Shown here: positions 12,301 to 23,824 of the stretch, piece after piece
Layout: the number at the start of each line of letters is the position of its first letter
Position numbering within the stretch: position 1 is the first letter of the stretch
NCBI RefSeq assembly: GCF_040938485.1
Contig: NW_027270907.1
Coordinates: forward strand, 1,302,001 to 1,366,000
Direction of reading: 5' to 3'
DNA from: Diadema antillarum
Lineage: Eukaryota
DNA length: 64,000 nucleotides
Made by a program: the position numbers and the translations under genes
The notes under the pieces: model-generated
Told to the model about the DNA's origin: nothing
What the model saw: the letters and a program-made list of their open reading frames with translations, nothing else
Database searches by the model: none

Positions 12301-13110
12301 GTCATAAAATTCAAGTGATAGTCAAATAACTCAGGGAACGACCTTTTTTTGAGACATGCACTTTTGGAACGACTGTAATTGAGTTGGTACAATGTATTTG
12401 CGTTATAAGGGTCATGTATAGAAGCAATCAATGTGGGCACTTCCCATATAGGAGGCTCCCTTCGAATGATCACCACTTTAACTGTGTCAGTGTAAGTCAA
12501 AATTGCAGAGCAATATATCTTTTGTTAACCTCATTGAATTTCATAAAATAAAAGTGTTTTTGCTAGAGGACCGGAAGGACTGTTTAAAGGCATATACCCA
12601 TAGAACATGATTATGCATTTTCGTTAATACATGATTATTGCATGTCTTATGGAGACTGCCTTTGGGTGGGGTAATTTTGGGCACCCTCCACGTGGTTGCC
12701 TTCGTATGTGAACCATTTTCACCTTATAGATATTGTAGAACAATAATTCTTCTATAACTTCCTCTGAAATTTAATGGAAATGAAACGAAAAGGACGTTAT
12801 AGAGGGTTGTTGTTTTTTCGCTTCAAACAGCTGTATTCACGTGTGTATACTTTTGTACCGGGCCGTGAGGGTATAGGGATAAATTCGGGTACCTCCCTCC
12901 GAGTCGCTTTGACTCATGTGCACCATTTTTTAAAGATATACTTTCATGGAAATAAAAGAGTCTTTGCTAGACGGCCAAACGACTTTTAAAAAAAAATCTT
13001 GTACGCTTAGAACAACGGAAATCGCGTTGGTTGATGCATGTTTTGCAAATGGCCGTGGGGATATGATCGATAGGGGTAACTTTGGTCACTACCCACAGAG
13101 TTTCCTTTGA
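9370..13110. repeat. Degenerate tandem satellite (~200-225-bp monomers, alternating A/B types) inside the TIR element
   Basis: Recurrent TTTGG(A/G)CAC.TCCCA(A/CA)GG...ATTGTA(A/G)AGCAAT motifs near 9391, 9615, 9836, 10316, 10536, 10737, 10960, 11178, 11400, 11600, 11826, 12434, 12676, 12885, 13080. Confidence 0.85.
10009..10260. mobile_element. 252-bp MITE nested in the satellite, inserted at TA-rich site
   Basis: TIR ATGAAG(G/A)GTTTGTTTGCAAAAACCGATAAGTCCAT at both ends; interrupts the GGAACATATATTCGCG satellite motif with TA duplication. Confidence 0.9.
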
Positions 13111-13459
13111 CTGTGCTATATTCAATATCTCAAAACCCTCAAGGGTGCAAGAGCTGAATCATCCAGATTCGAATAAGCAACTCTCCAAATAGAGTTCATT
13201 AATTACAAAATTAGACAAGTTATAGATGTTGACAGTTGTTTAAATTCGTACTTTGATTCTACGAAATTAATGGATAAGCTATCATTATCTGTCTGATAAC
13301 AAACTATTATTCGCTTAAAATGTATTCATGCTAGGTTTCTAATGCTGAAAAGTTTGTTTTTGGTGAAGAGAAACTGAAATATCACATTTGAACACCCTTG
13401 ATATGCTCATATCGGGCACTTTGATGCATTTGAATATTCCGTTGGCTCGGTACCCTTTG

Positions 13460-13800
13460 CATATTATGCAAATGAGGCCCAGATTATGTACATGGAAATG
13501 TTTGCATCGCACTAACTGACATTGCAAACATAGGTTTCAACACTTTCGGTGTTCCAATCTGAAACCTAGAAGCATAATTTTCATGGAAACACTGTATTTT
13601 TATCATTATTGGAGCTAATTTGCATATTATGTAAATGAGGCCCAGAATATGTACATGGGAATGTTTGCGTCGCACTAGCTGACATTGTAAACATAGGTTA
13701 AAACACTTTCGGTTTTCCAATCTGAAACCTGGAAGCATAGTTTTCATGGAAACACTGTATTTTTATCATTATGGGAGCTAATTTGCATATTATGCAAATT
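13460..13800. repeat. Two ~165-170-bp subterminal tandem repeats of the TIR element
   Basis: ATATTATG(C/T)AAATGAGGCCCAGA..ATGTACATGG...GGAGCTAATTTGCATATTATG repeated. Confidence 0.85.
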
Positions 13801-13933
13801 TAGCCACTTTACCCCTTTGGATTTCTTGGGACTTTTAGTATGGTGTTTAGGAGCCCATAACAAGCTGCACTGCAGTGGAATTCGTACTGTTGCAATTAGT
13901 GGTGGGTGAAACCCTATTTTGACTGGACTAAAT

Positions 13934-14297
13934 GCCCCAGTCACAAAGACATCCCGGATCACCCCGGACCACCCCGGATCTGATCCGGGGAGAGATCCGT
14001 GTTGATGCCGGGAGGCCAACACGGCAACTTTTGGAGGTCAAAAACATCCGGCGTCATCCGGGGATTGCCGTGTTGGCAGAGCAATCCGGGGTGGTCCGTT
14101 TGGCTGCCATGTTGATCCGTGTAGTTGCCGTGTTGATCCGTGTAAATGCCGTGTTTGTCCGTGTAGACGCCGCGCTCTTCCGGCCTTATCCTTGTAGCTG
14201 CCGTGTTGATACCGTGTGTACAGTCATACCAAAATCCCGGATCTCCCCGGATCACCGTGTAGATCCTTGAGCATCCGTGTTTATATGTGACTGGGGC
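13934..14297. mobile_element. GC-rich MITE, PIF/Harbinger-like ends
   Basis: Termini GCCCCAGTCACA...TGTGACTGGGGC; interior of CCGTG/CCGGA repeats; no clean TSD. Confidence 0.75.
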
Positions 14298-14419
14298 ATA
14301 ACAATGTGTTCGATATCTAAAGCAAGAAGACCCATTGGAAAAGAATATCATTAAAACATTATTTGCATCGAATTCAGGAAATTCTTCTCTCGAGTTGTTG
14401 TTTGTTAGGTTTTTTTGTT

Positions 14420-14592
14420 TGTTTGTTTGCTTTGATATTTTATTTATTTTTTGCAACTGATTGACAAATTGCCCTACATCGCCGTAAATGAGCATCGAGT
14501 TGATAAGTGTTCAGTATAGAAGCCATAAGACAACCACGGGCATTCATGCTCAGGCAGCAGGATTCGAACCTACGACCTCTTGATCACCGAAC
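14420..14592 (-). mobile_element. 5'-truncated tRNA-derived SINE fragment
   Basis: Minus strand GTGATCAAGAGGTCGTAGGTTCGAATCCTGCTG = variable loop plus B-box/T-arm; no acceptor stem or A-box. Confidence 0.5.
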
Positions 14593-14600
14593 AGAGGTTG

Positions 14601-14745
14601 ACCATCTCCAGTTCCCTCTCCCTTGACACTGAGATAAGCAATAGGATAGGGAAAGCTAGTGCAGTCATGGCAAAACTGAACAAGCGTGTATAAAACAACA
14701 GTCAGCTGACCAAGAACACCAAGCCCCTCTATAGTACTCCTGCAG
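14601..14745 (+). mobile_element. RTE-clade LINE fragment (post-RT region)
   Basis: Translates TISSSLSLDTEISNRIGKASAVMAKLNKRV*NNSQLTKNTK, typical of RTE ORFs. Confidence 0.8.
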
Positions 14746-14965
14746 CCCACTTTCTTTTTGCATGCCCGTGAACGTTACTTGTGAAGTTTGTCTTGGCAGC
14801 CATATTTGAATTCAAAATTGCGGGTATATCGTTTATCAGACACATCTCATTATTGTATTTCTTAAAACATCATGTTAAAACACATGTGTGCGCCAAAATC
14901 CAAAGTCATTCGTCATTCAGAATTCAAGATTTTCTACACTTTCGCGGGGAGGCCATAGAAATACC

Positions 14966-15937
14966 TAAAGGCCGTGTCACACATTTCCGGGCAAGCCTTG
15001 CGTGCGATTTGCGAAGAACAATGTTTACTACCCGGAGGTCCCCGCAGATGACCCGCACATGACAGCTCCTAGCACGTTTCTCACCCGTAGTCGCCCGGAG
15101 GTCACACCTTTCCGGGCAAGCTACGCGGGCTTGTTGCGTATGGGGATTTTCAAGCATACTGGACAATTTCTGAGGGCGGATAAGGAGTTTTGCATGTGCC
15201 TTTCTTGTTGGACGCGTACTTATGTTCTACTTGCGAATATTCTGTGAGACCTGCTTGCCAGGCGCATGGGAGCTGACAACTCAGTGAAGGAATTCCTCTG
15301 AAGGAATAGCAGAAGTACCTGTGTGGGAGTTGACTGCGAGGTGTTGCCCCTAAGGGCCTCCTACTGGCGTTCTGCGTTGACCTCTGCGGGCAATCCCCGC
15401 GACTCACCCGGAAAAAGTTTTGGTCATGCTCAAATCTTGGCTGCGAGTAAATCGGACTTGCGTGCGCACCTCAGGGCAACTACGAGCGAGATACGCGCTA
15501 GGTACTGTCAGGTGCGGACCAACTGCGGAGATCTCCGGGTAGCAAATTTGTTTCCCCGCAAGTCAACCCGCAAAATTTCCCCAGAAACGGTATGGCAAGG
15601 CCTCGAGTATGCTCAAAAATTGTTCCGAGTGAGTCGTGGGGGTTTGCCCGCAGAGGTACACGCAGAACACCAGTAGGAGACCCTTACCGGCAGGACCTCG
15701 CAGGAAAATCCAACGCAGGTATCTGGCTCGTAACATAAAACGGATCGGTTTCAAAGATCTCACGCTGGTCACACGGAATACATGCAAGTAGAAGGTAAGT
15801 AGCACTCATCTAGCAGGTAAGACACAAGTGCGAAAATCGCAAACATTCCGCCCGCAGAAAATTCTCCTGCGTGCTGAAAAATCCCTACTCGCAACAAGCC
15901 CACGTAGCTTGCCCGGAAAGGTGTGACACGGCCTTTA
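14966..15937. mobile_element. ~970-bp MITE, PIF/Harbinger-like
   Basis: TIR TAAAGGCCGTGTCACAC(A/C)TTTCCGGGCAAGC at both ends; GC-rich, internally repetitive, no transposase. Confidence 0.85.
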
Positions 15938-16152
15938 ACAAACATTTCAGGGAAAGCGAAGTCGTTGCATTATTATAAACTTTTTTTAGAGAGATAAGAA
16001 GGACATACGAAAAACAGAACCACATAAATGAAATATTACACGAAAAGAAAAATAAAACAGATAAATCGATGGTAGAGAAACTTCAGGCTCCTGACAATGG
16101 TGTAAGAAATGAATGCAAAACACCTCGAGAAATAAGTGAAGGGTTCAATCAC

Positions 16153-16153
<1 letters not shown>

Positions 16154-16189
<36 letters not shown>
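16154..16189. repeat. (TG)n microsatellite
   Basis: Direct reading. Confidence 0.95.
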
Positions 16190-16190
<1 letters not shown>

Positions 16191-16319
16191 AAATCTAGCG
16201 AAGAAAATACAAATTAGTGGAAACGATTCTTACACTTTCATGAAAGGAGAAGTTGATTAATCATTCTTTCATGTTACCTGTGACAGTGCTTGAAATGCAT
16301 CGTGTCATCATCTCTTTGA

Positions 16320-17720
16320 ACGCAAATACGGGATGTGGATATGATGACATCCAAGTAATAGTTGTCGTTAATGCTGCTCGGTACATATATCATCCTTAAG
16401 CATGTATCATAAATGTATCGTTATCTCCCGATGTATTCCCTGATGCTCTTAAGATTGCTAAGGTACTACCTGTTTCTGAAAAAGGAGCTAAAGATGCCCC
16501 TTCAAACTATCGGCCTATCTCTATGATCTCAGTCCTTCCGATGATTACTGAGTAGTAAGATATTCGAAAAGCTAGTAAACAGTCGCCTGATTAATTTTCT
16601 TTTGTGGGGGGGGGGGGAGGAAAATATAATATAAACACCAGTATGCTTTTAGACAAGGACACAGTACAAAACTACCATCGTTGATTAACCTAAGTGATGA
16701 ATTAACCAGACAAGTGGATGAGGGCAAGATTACTGTTGGCTAATATTTCTACACAATAGCAAAAGCTTTTGATACGATAAATCATGACATCTTGCTCTGT
16801 AGATTACAAAAAACTATGGTATACGTGGGTTATCATTAGAGTTGATGCGCAGTAAATTATCAAATCGATTCCACTTTGTGTGTTATGGAAATAAAAAGTC
16901 TGCACAACTATACGGATTAAATGTGGTGCTCCACAAGGATGCAGATTGGGACCCACTCTGTTCTTGATTCATATTAACGATTTGCCACAATCCTGAGATT
17001 ATTTCAATTTCAAATTATTCGCGGATGATTCGCGTTTGTTTCAATATTTTCCATCTTGAACTGAGAATGTTGACGTCAAGGAGGTTGAACATACAAGACG
17101 TTTTGAAATGGTGTAATGGTAACAAATTAACAGTGAACACGTCCCCCCCCCCAAAAAAAAAAAAAAAAATCTATATATATAGTTTTTAAAAGTAAACATA
17201 GACATGTAAACAGAATTGGAAATATTATGATCCGCACAGATATGATAAAACAGGTACACTCGACTTTGTGTCTAGGAGATAATATAGACGAAAACTTACC
17301 ATGGATAAAAAACAAAACAAAAAACATACTGAGTGTGTCTCTTCCTCAGGAAAACAATTGGAATCATATTTAGAATTAGACAACTTGTGCCTAGAAAAAA
17401 ATCTTATTATTATTACATAACACGCTTATCCTTCCGTGTATGTCTTATGGACTAAAAGTTTGTGGATGTACATGTCATTCATATCTTCAGTCTATATATT
17501 TTTGTTACAAAAGAACTTAGTGTGTGTAATTTGTTTCAAAGGTCCCAGAGAGCATACTGGCCCTTTATTTCACAGTTTCCACATGCTAGATATCTAAATA
17601 GACTATACCAATTTGTAATTGGAACTGGAATGTTTGGCCTAATCCAACATACTTTACAGCACGATGTCTCCGATTATTATCTTAAAATTGAGCATGAGTA
17701 TGATACAAGGTTTAAAAAAA
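16320..17720 (+). mobile_element. Decayed CR1/L2-type LINE reverse transcriptase fragment
   Basis: Frameshifted motifs FPDALKIAKVLP, NYRPIS, KIFEKLVNSRL, HQYAFRQGHST, AFDTINHDILL, GAPQG..LGPTLFLIHINDL, FADD, IGIIFRIR, HEYDTR. Confidence 0.9.
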
Positions 17721-18017
17721 AATGATTATAAACCAACCAAAATCAGATCTGAAGCTGGAAATACTCCATCTCATATGCGAGCAGTATGACTTAGAGAGGA
17801 TTTCCACAGGATGTAAAAAAAGGTGAACATCCGTAACACTTTTCGTAAATCGTTACGAAAGTATCTCTTATCAAATAATGTATGAAATTGATCCCCTATG
17901 AAAACCTGTAAGGATGTACTTATAACATTGCTTCCGTGAATAATGTAAATGCGTAACATAATCCATATCATTGAAAGGACTGGCCTCAACTAGCCTGCAC
18001 GATATTGCCGGTTCTCT

Positions 18018-18060
18018 CTTCTTCTTCTTCTTCTTCTTCTTCTTCTTCTTCTTCTTCTTT
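18018..18060. repeat. (TTC)n microsatellite
   Basis: Direct reading. Confidence 0.95.
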
Positions 18061-18789
18061 TTGGTCAAAACTGAACTTTAGCTATTGACTGTTTTGACTA
18101 TGTTGACGATGTTTGTTTGGTAAATAGATTCAATTTTATTTCATTTCGTTTCATTTCTTTTTATTTCATTGTATATATGAATTAAGAAAAATGGCGGTCA
18201 TTGATCAATACGTCATTGAATTTCGCATGTCAACCTGCCCCTGTGTGCCAACTACAGGTGCCAGTTCAAGCTAGGGTGATGCGTTTAAAGACATAAATTA
18301 CCATTTGCAGAAGAAACAAAAACCCAGCGTTACTGCTTCAGTTGTTCTAAAATGTGAGTTAGTGATCGAAACAATCAATGCAAAAATTTGAATCGGTATG
18401 ACTAATGTTAAGTATTGTTAAATATACAAAATGTGAATAATTATAATTTAAAAAAGGAATAAACCGTTTAAAGTTATGGTTTATTGAGAAAAATAATGAT
18501 ATCTACATATATTTTAGGCTTTTGATATTGCACAATTTTTATATGGTAAGATGTTTTGTGATACAACTGACCTACACTTATGCATCAAACGTGATACACC
18601 TTGTATCTCGAACATTTTTCAAATCACTGCCTGCAAAAGTTAACTGTGCCTTTAAACAGGAGTATATTATGTTCTTTCTCCGCTGTCACTTCTCTTTTAT
18701 TATAGGACTGTTATCACTTTATTATTGTTTATTATGCTCATGGCGCTTTATGATGTGAAGGAAAATAAGGTAGAAAAAAAAACAAATAG

Positions 18790-19719
18790 TGAGTCTCGAG
18801 GTTGTCTTTAAGGACGTTGAAGATTTTCCGTTCTCATGAAAATTTTCCATTTCTATCTTTATTTCCATAGAGTTCTTGTGCGCAGAGTTAAAAGCGTTCG
18901 CCATTCTCATCCATCTTTTGAGCGTATGAATCGATACTTATTATATTCCGCAATCTTCTTGGCCTCGTCCTTCATTGATTTTTTGATTCCCTCACTCCCA
19001 CAGCCTTATCATATCTTGAAAATAATGTTTCAAATGTAATCCATGCATCGGTATGTCAATCACGCTTCATTCAGATCTATCTAGTGCCTTCATGGTCTCC
19101 ATTTGACCATATACCTTCTTATAAACAACAACAACTTCCTGAAACCAGACTGCTTACAAGATATTTTTTTTCTTTTTCGATTGCGCCTCGTCTTTACTTC
19201 CTCATTTCAAAATTTCGTACCACGTGGAAAGAGCATCTCAAAAGAGATTTTCTTGGCTGGGGGTCCTCACATGTTTTGTAACTTTTTGAGCTATTTACCA
19301 AGCGGAATCTGATTTAAAGAAGAAGAAGAATACAGTGAGAAATGATATAAGATGCGCTAGATGACAGTTTGGTTGGCAGATGTATTAGTAGTCTTTCTCA
19401 AGTATTTCCAATCGGGTGGAGATTGCAAGCTCATGTTCAAATTGACTCGATAGCACATTTTAGAGATCTGGTGGTTTGCTGAAAAGTTTTCCCTAGACTG
19501 ATATCAGTCATTTAGCTTGTAAAAGCCTTGCTAACTACAGCGTTCGGCATACCTCTGCGACTCGTTGACTTCGTGCTGATGGAACATATCCTACAGCATC
19601 TCCCAGACTTCTTTCGCTGAGTTCTCGTATCTTTATCGTTATAACGAATACGGCTTCAGAGGTATGTTCTTTTTTTAAAAGTTTTCTTTTGATTATTTTT
19701 TTTCATGAATATGATTAAT
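18790..19719 (-). pseudogene. Upstream partner module, unit 3 (internally deleted)
   Basis: Homologous to other modules; acceptor TACAG|ATT (CT 19720-21); fragment MRMANAFNSAHKNS; GTTCTCATGAA joined almost directly to ATTTCTATCTTTATTTCC, removing ~0.7 kb including the intron. Confidence 0.55.
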
Positions 19720-20398
19720 CTGTATGGATATAACTTCTTCCAGGGCAAAATAAAACTATCTTCTTCATCATTCGCGAATTTCTAAAGATGTTTCAACCTA
19801 CCAAACCGTTTAGTGACATACAGATTTTTTTTTTTTTTTTTGTAATTGTGTGATACGAAGGAAAGCACACAAATAGACAGATGTACATAAATATTGTACT
19901 TTTGGTTAAAATATTTTATCATTTGTTCTGACATTCAAAATATAAGTCTTCATACAATATTTCAGCTTATAGCTATGAATGTAATCTTTTGTATGCACTT
20001 TTTTAACTAAAGCTAGTTCAACTCAATCCTTGAGGAAGAAAACAAGAAAACCTATACCTTCGTGCTTCGCATCTTCAAGTACAGCACCTCGAATACGCAT
20101 CAATTTGTTTTTGCATCGCAGTTGTTGGAATGATGTAGTGCTAAGGGACGCTCGTTAAATGAACAGATAATCTAGGTTATTGGCCTGAAAGTTATCAAAG
20201 AATCTTAATCTTAATCTTCGAAAATAAAGGGGTCTGCCAAGTTCAATTGTGTGAAATAAAATGATTTCGAATTACGTGTACTCGTGGCACTCACAATTTC
20301 CTACCTAAATTGTTTTCACCCCCCCCCCCCCCGGAAAAAAAGAATGATAATAATCTGTACATCCTTTTTATGAAAAGATCAACAGGAGTAAACAAAGC

Positions 20399-21730
20399 AT
20401 GGCTACACTGCATACGTTCGGCACTTTACTAATCCTGTTGGCAATTACATGGAGACCGTATGCTCAAAACTCGACATCCGTCAACTATCTTAAAGTTGAG
20501 ACAGCCACAATACCGCGAGTTAATGTTGCTACACAGAATTCTACAACCACATCAGGGAACACATTAGAGAGCACCGTTCTACAACGGACATTTGTTCCAG
20601 AGTTTCAGACTGAAATATTGTCGCTGGGGGCCAAAAATGTATGTTCATCCTCCACGCCCGGAGAATATCATATTAACGTAACACGTTACGATGACATAAG
20701 AGCACAGCGGGACAGTGGAACCAATAAAACATTTTACACCATTGCTGATTGGGTGTGGCAGCCGATCACGTGGTCATTGCGGATTGGAATCCAGGCTTTC
20801 CTGTCAGTGCTTGGTATGGGCGGGAACGCACTTGTCTTGGCGGTTCTGTTGCGTCGCGGTTTGAAAAGGAGCTCTGCCGACACTCTCGTCGGGAATCTTG
20901 CCGCAGCGGACTTTCTCACGTCTGTCTTTATTTTCCCGATCCCGGTCGCTGTAAGCGTCCCGAAAACAGTCATTGCGGAAATGTATTGCCGTTTTGTTTT
21001 CACGTCTTTCTTCGTATGGGTAAGCGTCTTGAGTTCAATCTTCCTGCTGAGCGCAGCATCACTAGAGCGATATGTCGCAGTGGTCCACCCTATCCGTTGG
21101 AACCGCTACAAGAGACGCCAATACGTGAATGTTGGCATCGTTCTCATCTGGTTTGCTGCTACGGCCCTGACCACTGATCTCCCACTCACAACCAGCGTTA
21201 ACGATGCTTCTGGTCCCTGCCACGTAAAGCATCTAACATACGCGGGTCAGATCGTCCTTGCAATGGTTTATTTCGTCTTCGGCTTCGTGTTTCCCGCCAC
21301 GACAATGTTAGTCACACAGCTTTTAGCTGCTCGCGCTCTCTACGTGCAATCAAAACGTTTTACAGGGACCTGTGAAGGTGGTGACCACTCTACTGCATCA
21401 TTCAGACACCTTGTGGCCATGAATCGAGTTTTGGGAATGCTCCTGATCGTAATCATTATCTACATCGTGTGCTGGGGGCCAAACTCCACTGCCTTTTTCC
21501 TGCATAACTTACGTGTCCTAGAGTCCAGCTTTCTGTATGGACCAGTTGATCGTGTGCTTGCTGTGCTGGCCCTGTTTAACTCTTGCGCCAATCCCATCGT
21601 GTATTTGATCTGGAACTCTCAATTCCGCGCAGCTCTCGTGAAATTCTTCACCTGCACCAAGATAAGTACGATTGCCCTATTTGGATTTCAAGAAGAATCA
21701 ACCCGAAATACCCACACTGAAAATGTTTAA
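20399..21730 (+). CDS. Class A GPCR, array copy 3
   Basis: 443-aa ORF, all canonical motifs (LAAAD, ERY, CWGP, NSCANPIVY). Confidence 0.95.
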   Translation: MATLHTFGTLLILLAITWRPYAQNSTSVNYLKVETATIPRVNVATQNSTTTSGNTLESTVLQRTFVPEFQTEILSLGAKNVCSSSTPGEYHINVTRYDDIRAQRDSGTNKTFYTIADWVWQPITWSLRIGIQAFLSVLGMGGNALVLAVLLRRGLKRSSADTLVGNLAAADFLTSVFIFPIPVAVSVPKTVIAEMYCRFVFTSFFVWVSVLSSIFLLSAASLERYVAVVHPIRWNRYKRRQYVNVGIVLIWFAATALTTDLPLTTSVNDASGPCHVKHLTYAGQIVLAMVYFVFGFVFPATTMLVTQLLAARALYVQSKRFTGTCEGGDHSTASFRHLVAMNRVLGMLLIVIIIYIVCWGPNSTAFFLHNLRVLESSFLYGPVDRVLAVLALFNSCANPIVYLIWNSQFRAALVKFFTCTKISTIALFGFQEESTRNTHTENV

Positions 21731-21871
21731 TGATTCCGTTATTAGACGTTCCTTTACTTTGGAGAAATATAATCTCATAATTTTGATCAGTTGTTATAGT
21801 CATTGTTCGACTCGAACTAAGTTGTTTTCAACAACCAAGTACCAAACTGTCCAAATTACAAGAAAAAAAAA

Positions 21872-22032
21872 GACGCCCAGCTTCCCGCCGGCCTTAAGTG
21901 TGGAACCTGCGGCCGACAGTTCCGCGGCTTGCAGATTGGACTTATCGGCCATTATCGAACACATTCAACCAATCAGTAAAAAGGAAATCATAGTCCTCAT
22001 CGATACCGGTGGACGAACAACGACAACAACAA
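21872..22032 (+). mobile_element. RTE LINE 3' end
   Basis: LKCGTCGRQFRGLQIGLIGHYRTH* (terminal C2H2-like motif of RTE) followed by short UTR and (CAA)n tail; duplicated at 29282-29438. Confidence 0.8.
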
Positions 22033-22159
22033 TGGTGAATTACAGTGATTCAAAATCAATCGATTAAGAGCCATATTGTAACAACATCATTATGGATATT
22101 ATACACGTGAAACAGGCAAATCAAATCGATTTTATCATTTGACCACCTCATAGAATAAA

Positions 22160-22997
22160 AAAAAGCGACCGAGCGAGGGGAAGGGGTATCGTCCCACACG
22201 AGCGAGATTTTTTTGCATTTCTATGCTTTGAATTTAAAAAAAAAAAGTATACTTTTGGTAAGATTGTTGTTTGTATCAAAAGAGTGAGAAAAAAAATGCA
22301 AAGTAGTATTCAGGGAAACGGGCAGGGGAAGGGTGTGGGAGTGGGGTATCCCTCCCACACGAAGGAGATTTTCGGATGTTCAGACTTGAAAATGAGAGAT
22401 CTAATGCACCTTATTAGTGATGTATGTTCGCTTCTATAAAAACAGTAACAAAAACATGCAGGGGTGTGGTGGGAGGGGGTTCCCCCTACCACACGTGGGA
22501 GATTTTTCCATTTCGGGCTTGAAATTCAGAGATTTAAACTAAGTGTACCATTTTAGTGATATATCCGAATTTCGTTTCTATCAAAAAGGTAACAAAGAGA
22601 TGTATATTCAGGAATTTTTTTAGCGGGTGGGGAGGGGAAGGGGTGCCCCCTCCCACATTTTTGAAATATTCATTTGTGTTTCTATTATAAAAAGTAAGAA
22701 AAATATATCTTAAGAAAAATGTGCGAGGGAATGTGTGGGAGGGGGAATACCTCCTCCTTCAAACTTTTCAAACTTAAAATTAATAGATTAGATTGGAGAG
22801 AGAACTAAGTCTATGGAGAGGAGCCTCCGAGAAAGATTTTGCATATTTTACGATTGCAATTAAAATAGGGTGCATGTACTTCTGGTTGAATACTTTCCAT
22901 TTGAAAGGTTTTTGGGGCAAAATGATATGTTTGCCTTCAACATTTTCTCGGGAAGGTGAGCAACTGCCCCCTTGTACCCATAGCGTCGACGCCCCTG
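22160..22997. repeat. G/C-tract repetitive element (GGGGAAGGGG..CCCTCCCACAC..GAGATTTT units), MITE-like
   Basis: Repeated units; ends ...CGTCGACGCCCCTG; paralogous stretch at ~29570-30290. Confidence 0.55.
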
Positions 22998-23102
22998 ATC
23001 ATTCTTGGGTGCCCGTAGATATTCCTGACTGAGTCAACATCATTTGCTCAATGATTCAGACATCGGAGGGGGGATTGTTGGGGGAAAGGAATCATTCTGG
23101 CT

Positions 23103-23146
23103 GTTTTGTTTTGTTTTGTTTTGTTTTGTTTTGTTTTGTTTTGTTT
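23103..23146. repeat. (TTTTG)n pentanucleotide microsatellite
   Basis: Direct reading. Confidence 0.95.
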
Positions 23147-23824
23147 CGTAGTCAATTTGTATAGATGGCCAAGAGTGGCGCGCGTCACAACAGGCATACT
23201 GTCATGTTATTTTACGTTTTAAATATTACATCTCAACCATGCTTTAAGTCGATATTTTGCGAGCAAGCAAAGCAAGAGAGAAAATTATGTTGAAAAAAAA
23301 AAGTAGAATAATGCTATTAAGCTCTGTTTACCTCTCACTATAAGGGTGCGTACAATCGAACGTCATGCAGTATGCCGACATTATTACAATCACATTTCTT
23401 CTTCTTCTTCCATTTTTTTTTCAAATTTCGTGGGATTGAATGGGGTGATGATTGCACAGGCCATCCCCCACCCCTCCTCCAAGAGCGGGGGTATGTCTAC
23501 GCCCACCCCTCCCCCGATTTAAGCCCATGCATATGATTACACAAAAATGCAGTTAAAATACACAGACAAAATAAAGGGAGGTATCTTTCCAAATTTGACT
23601 CTCTAATTTGTGAGCAAAAAAAAAGTTGTTGCAGCCAACAGATAACGTACGATTAAAAAAAACAAAAACACTGTATTGCCGTAAAAGAATCACCAAAGTG
23701 CAAAATTTCTCGTTTACAGGACAATAGTAAATGTGGAACAACGCTAGTTTGCGGAAAAAGTGCCCATTAGCACAAAAATGGACACTAGTGAACGGCAAAA
23801 AAAAAAAAAAAAAAAAAAAATCGG

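Larger units (their letters stand above)
8984..13930. mobile_element. 4.9-kb non-autonomous TIR DNA transposon, Academ-like
   Basis: Termini TAGTCCAGTC...GACTGGACTA; ~165-bp imperfect TIRs (CACTAATTGCAACAGTA, CACTGCAGTGCA, ACACCATACTAAAAGTCCCAA, ATTTGCATAATATGCAAATTAGC); AAT direct repeat on both flanks (8981-83, 13931-33); no transposase ORF. Superfamily inferred from TAG ends plus 3-bp TSD. Confidence 0.85.

Noticed and set aside
9370-13110. Possible CRISPR-like array
   Set aside because: Eukaryotic context; long degenerate monomers without constant repeats and unique spacers; no cas genes
13932-14495. ORFs of 112 and 178 aa with repeats such as YTDQHG
   Set aside because: Arise from GC-rich CCGTG repeats inside a MITE with terminal inverted repeats
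14550-14592. Possible tRNA gene
   Set aside because: Only the T-arm/B-box is present, with no D-arm, A-box or acceptor stem; consistent with a SINE head
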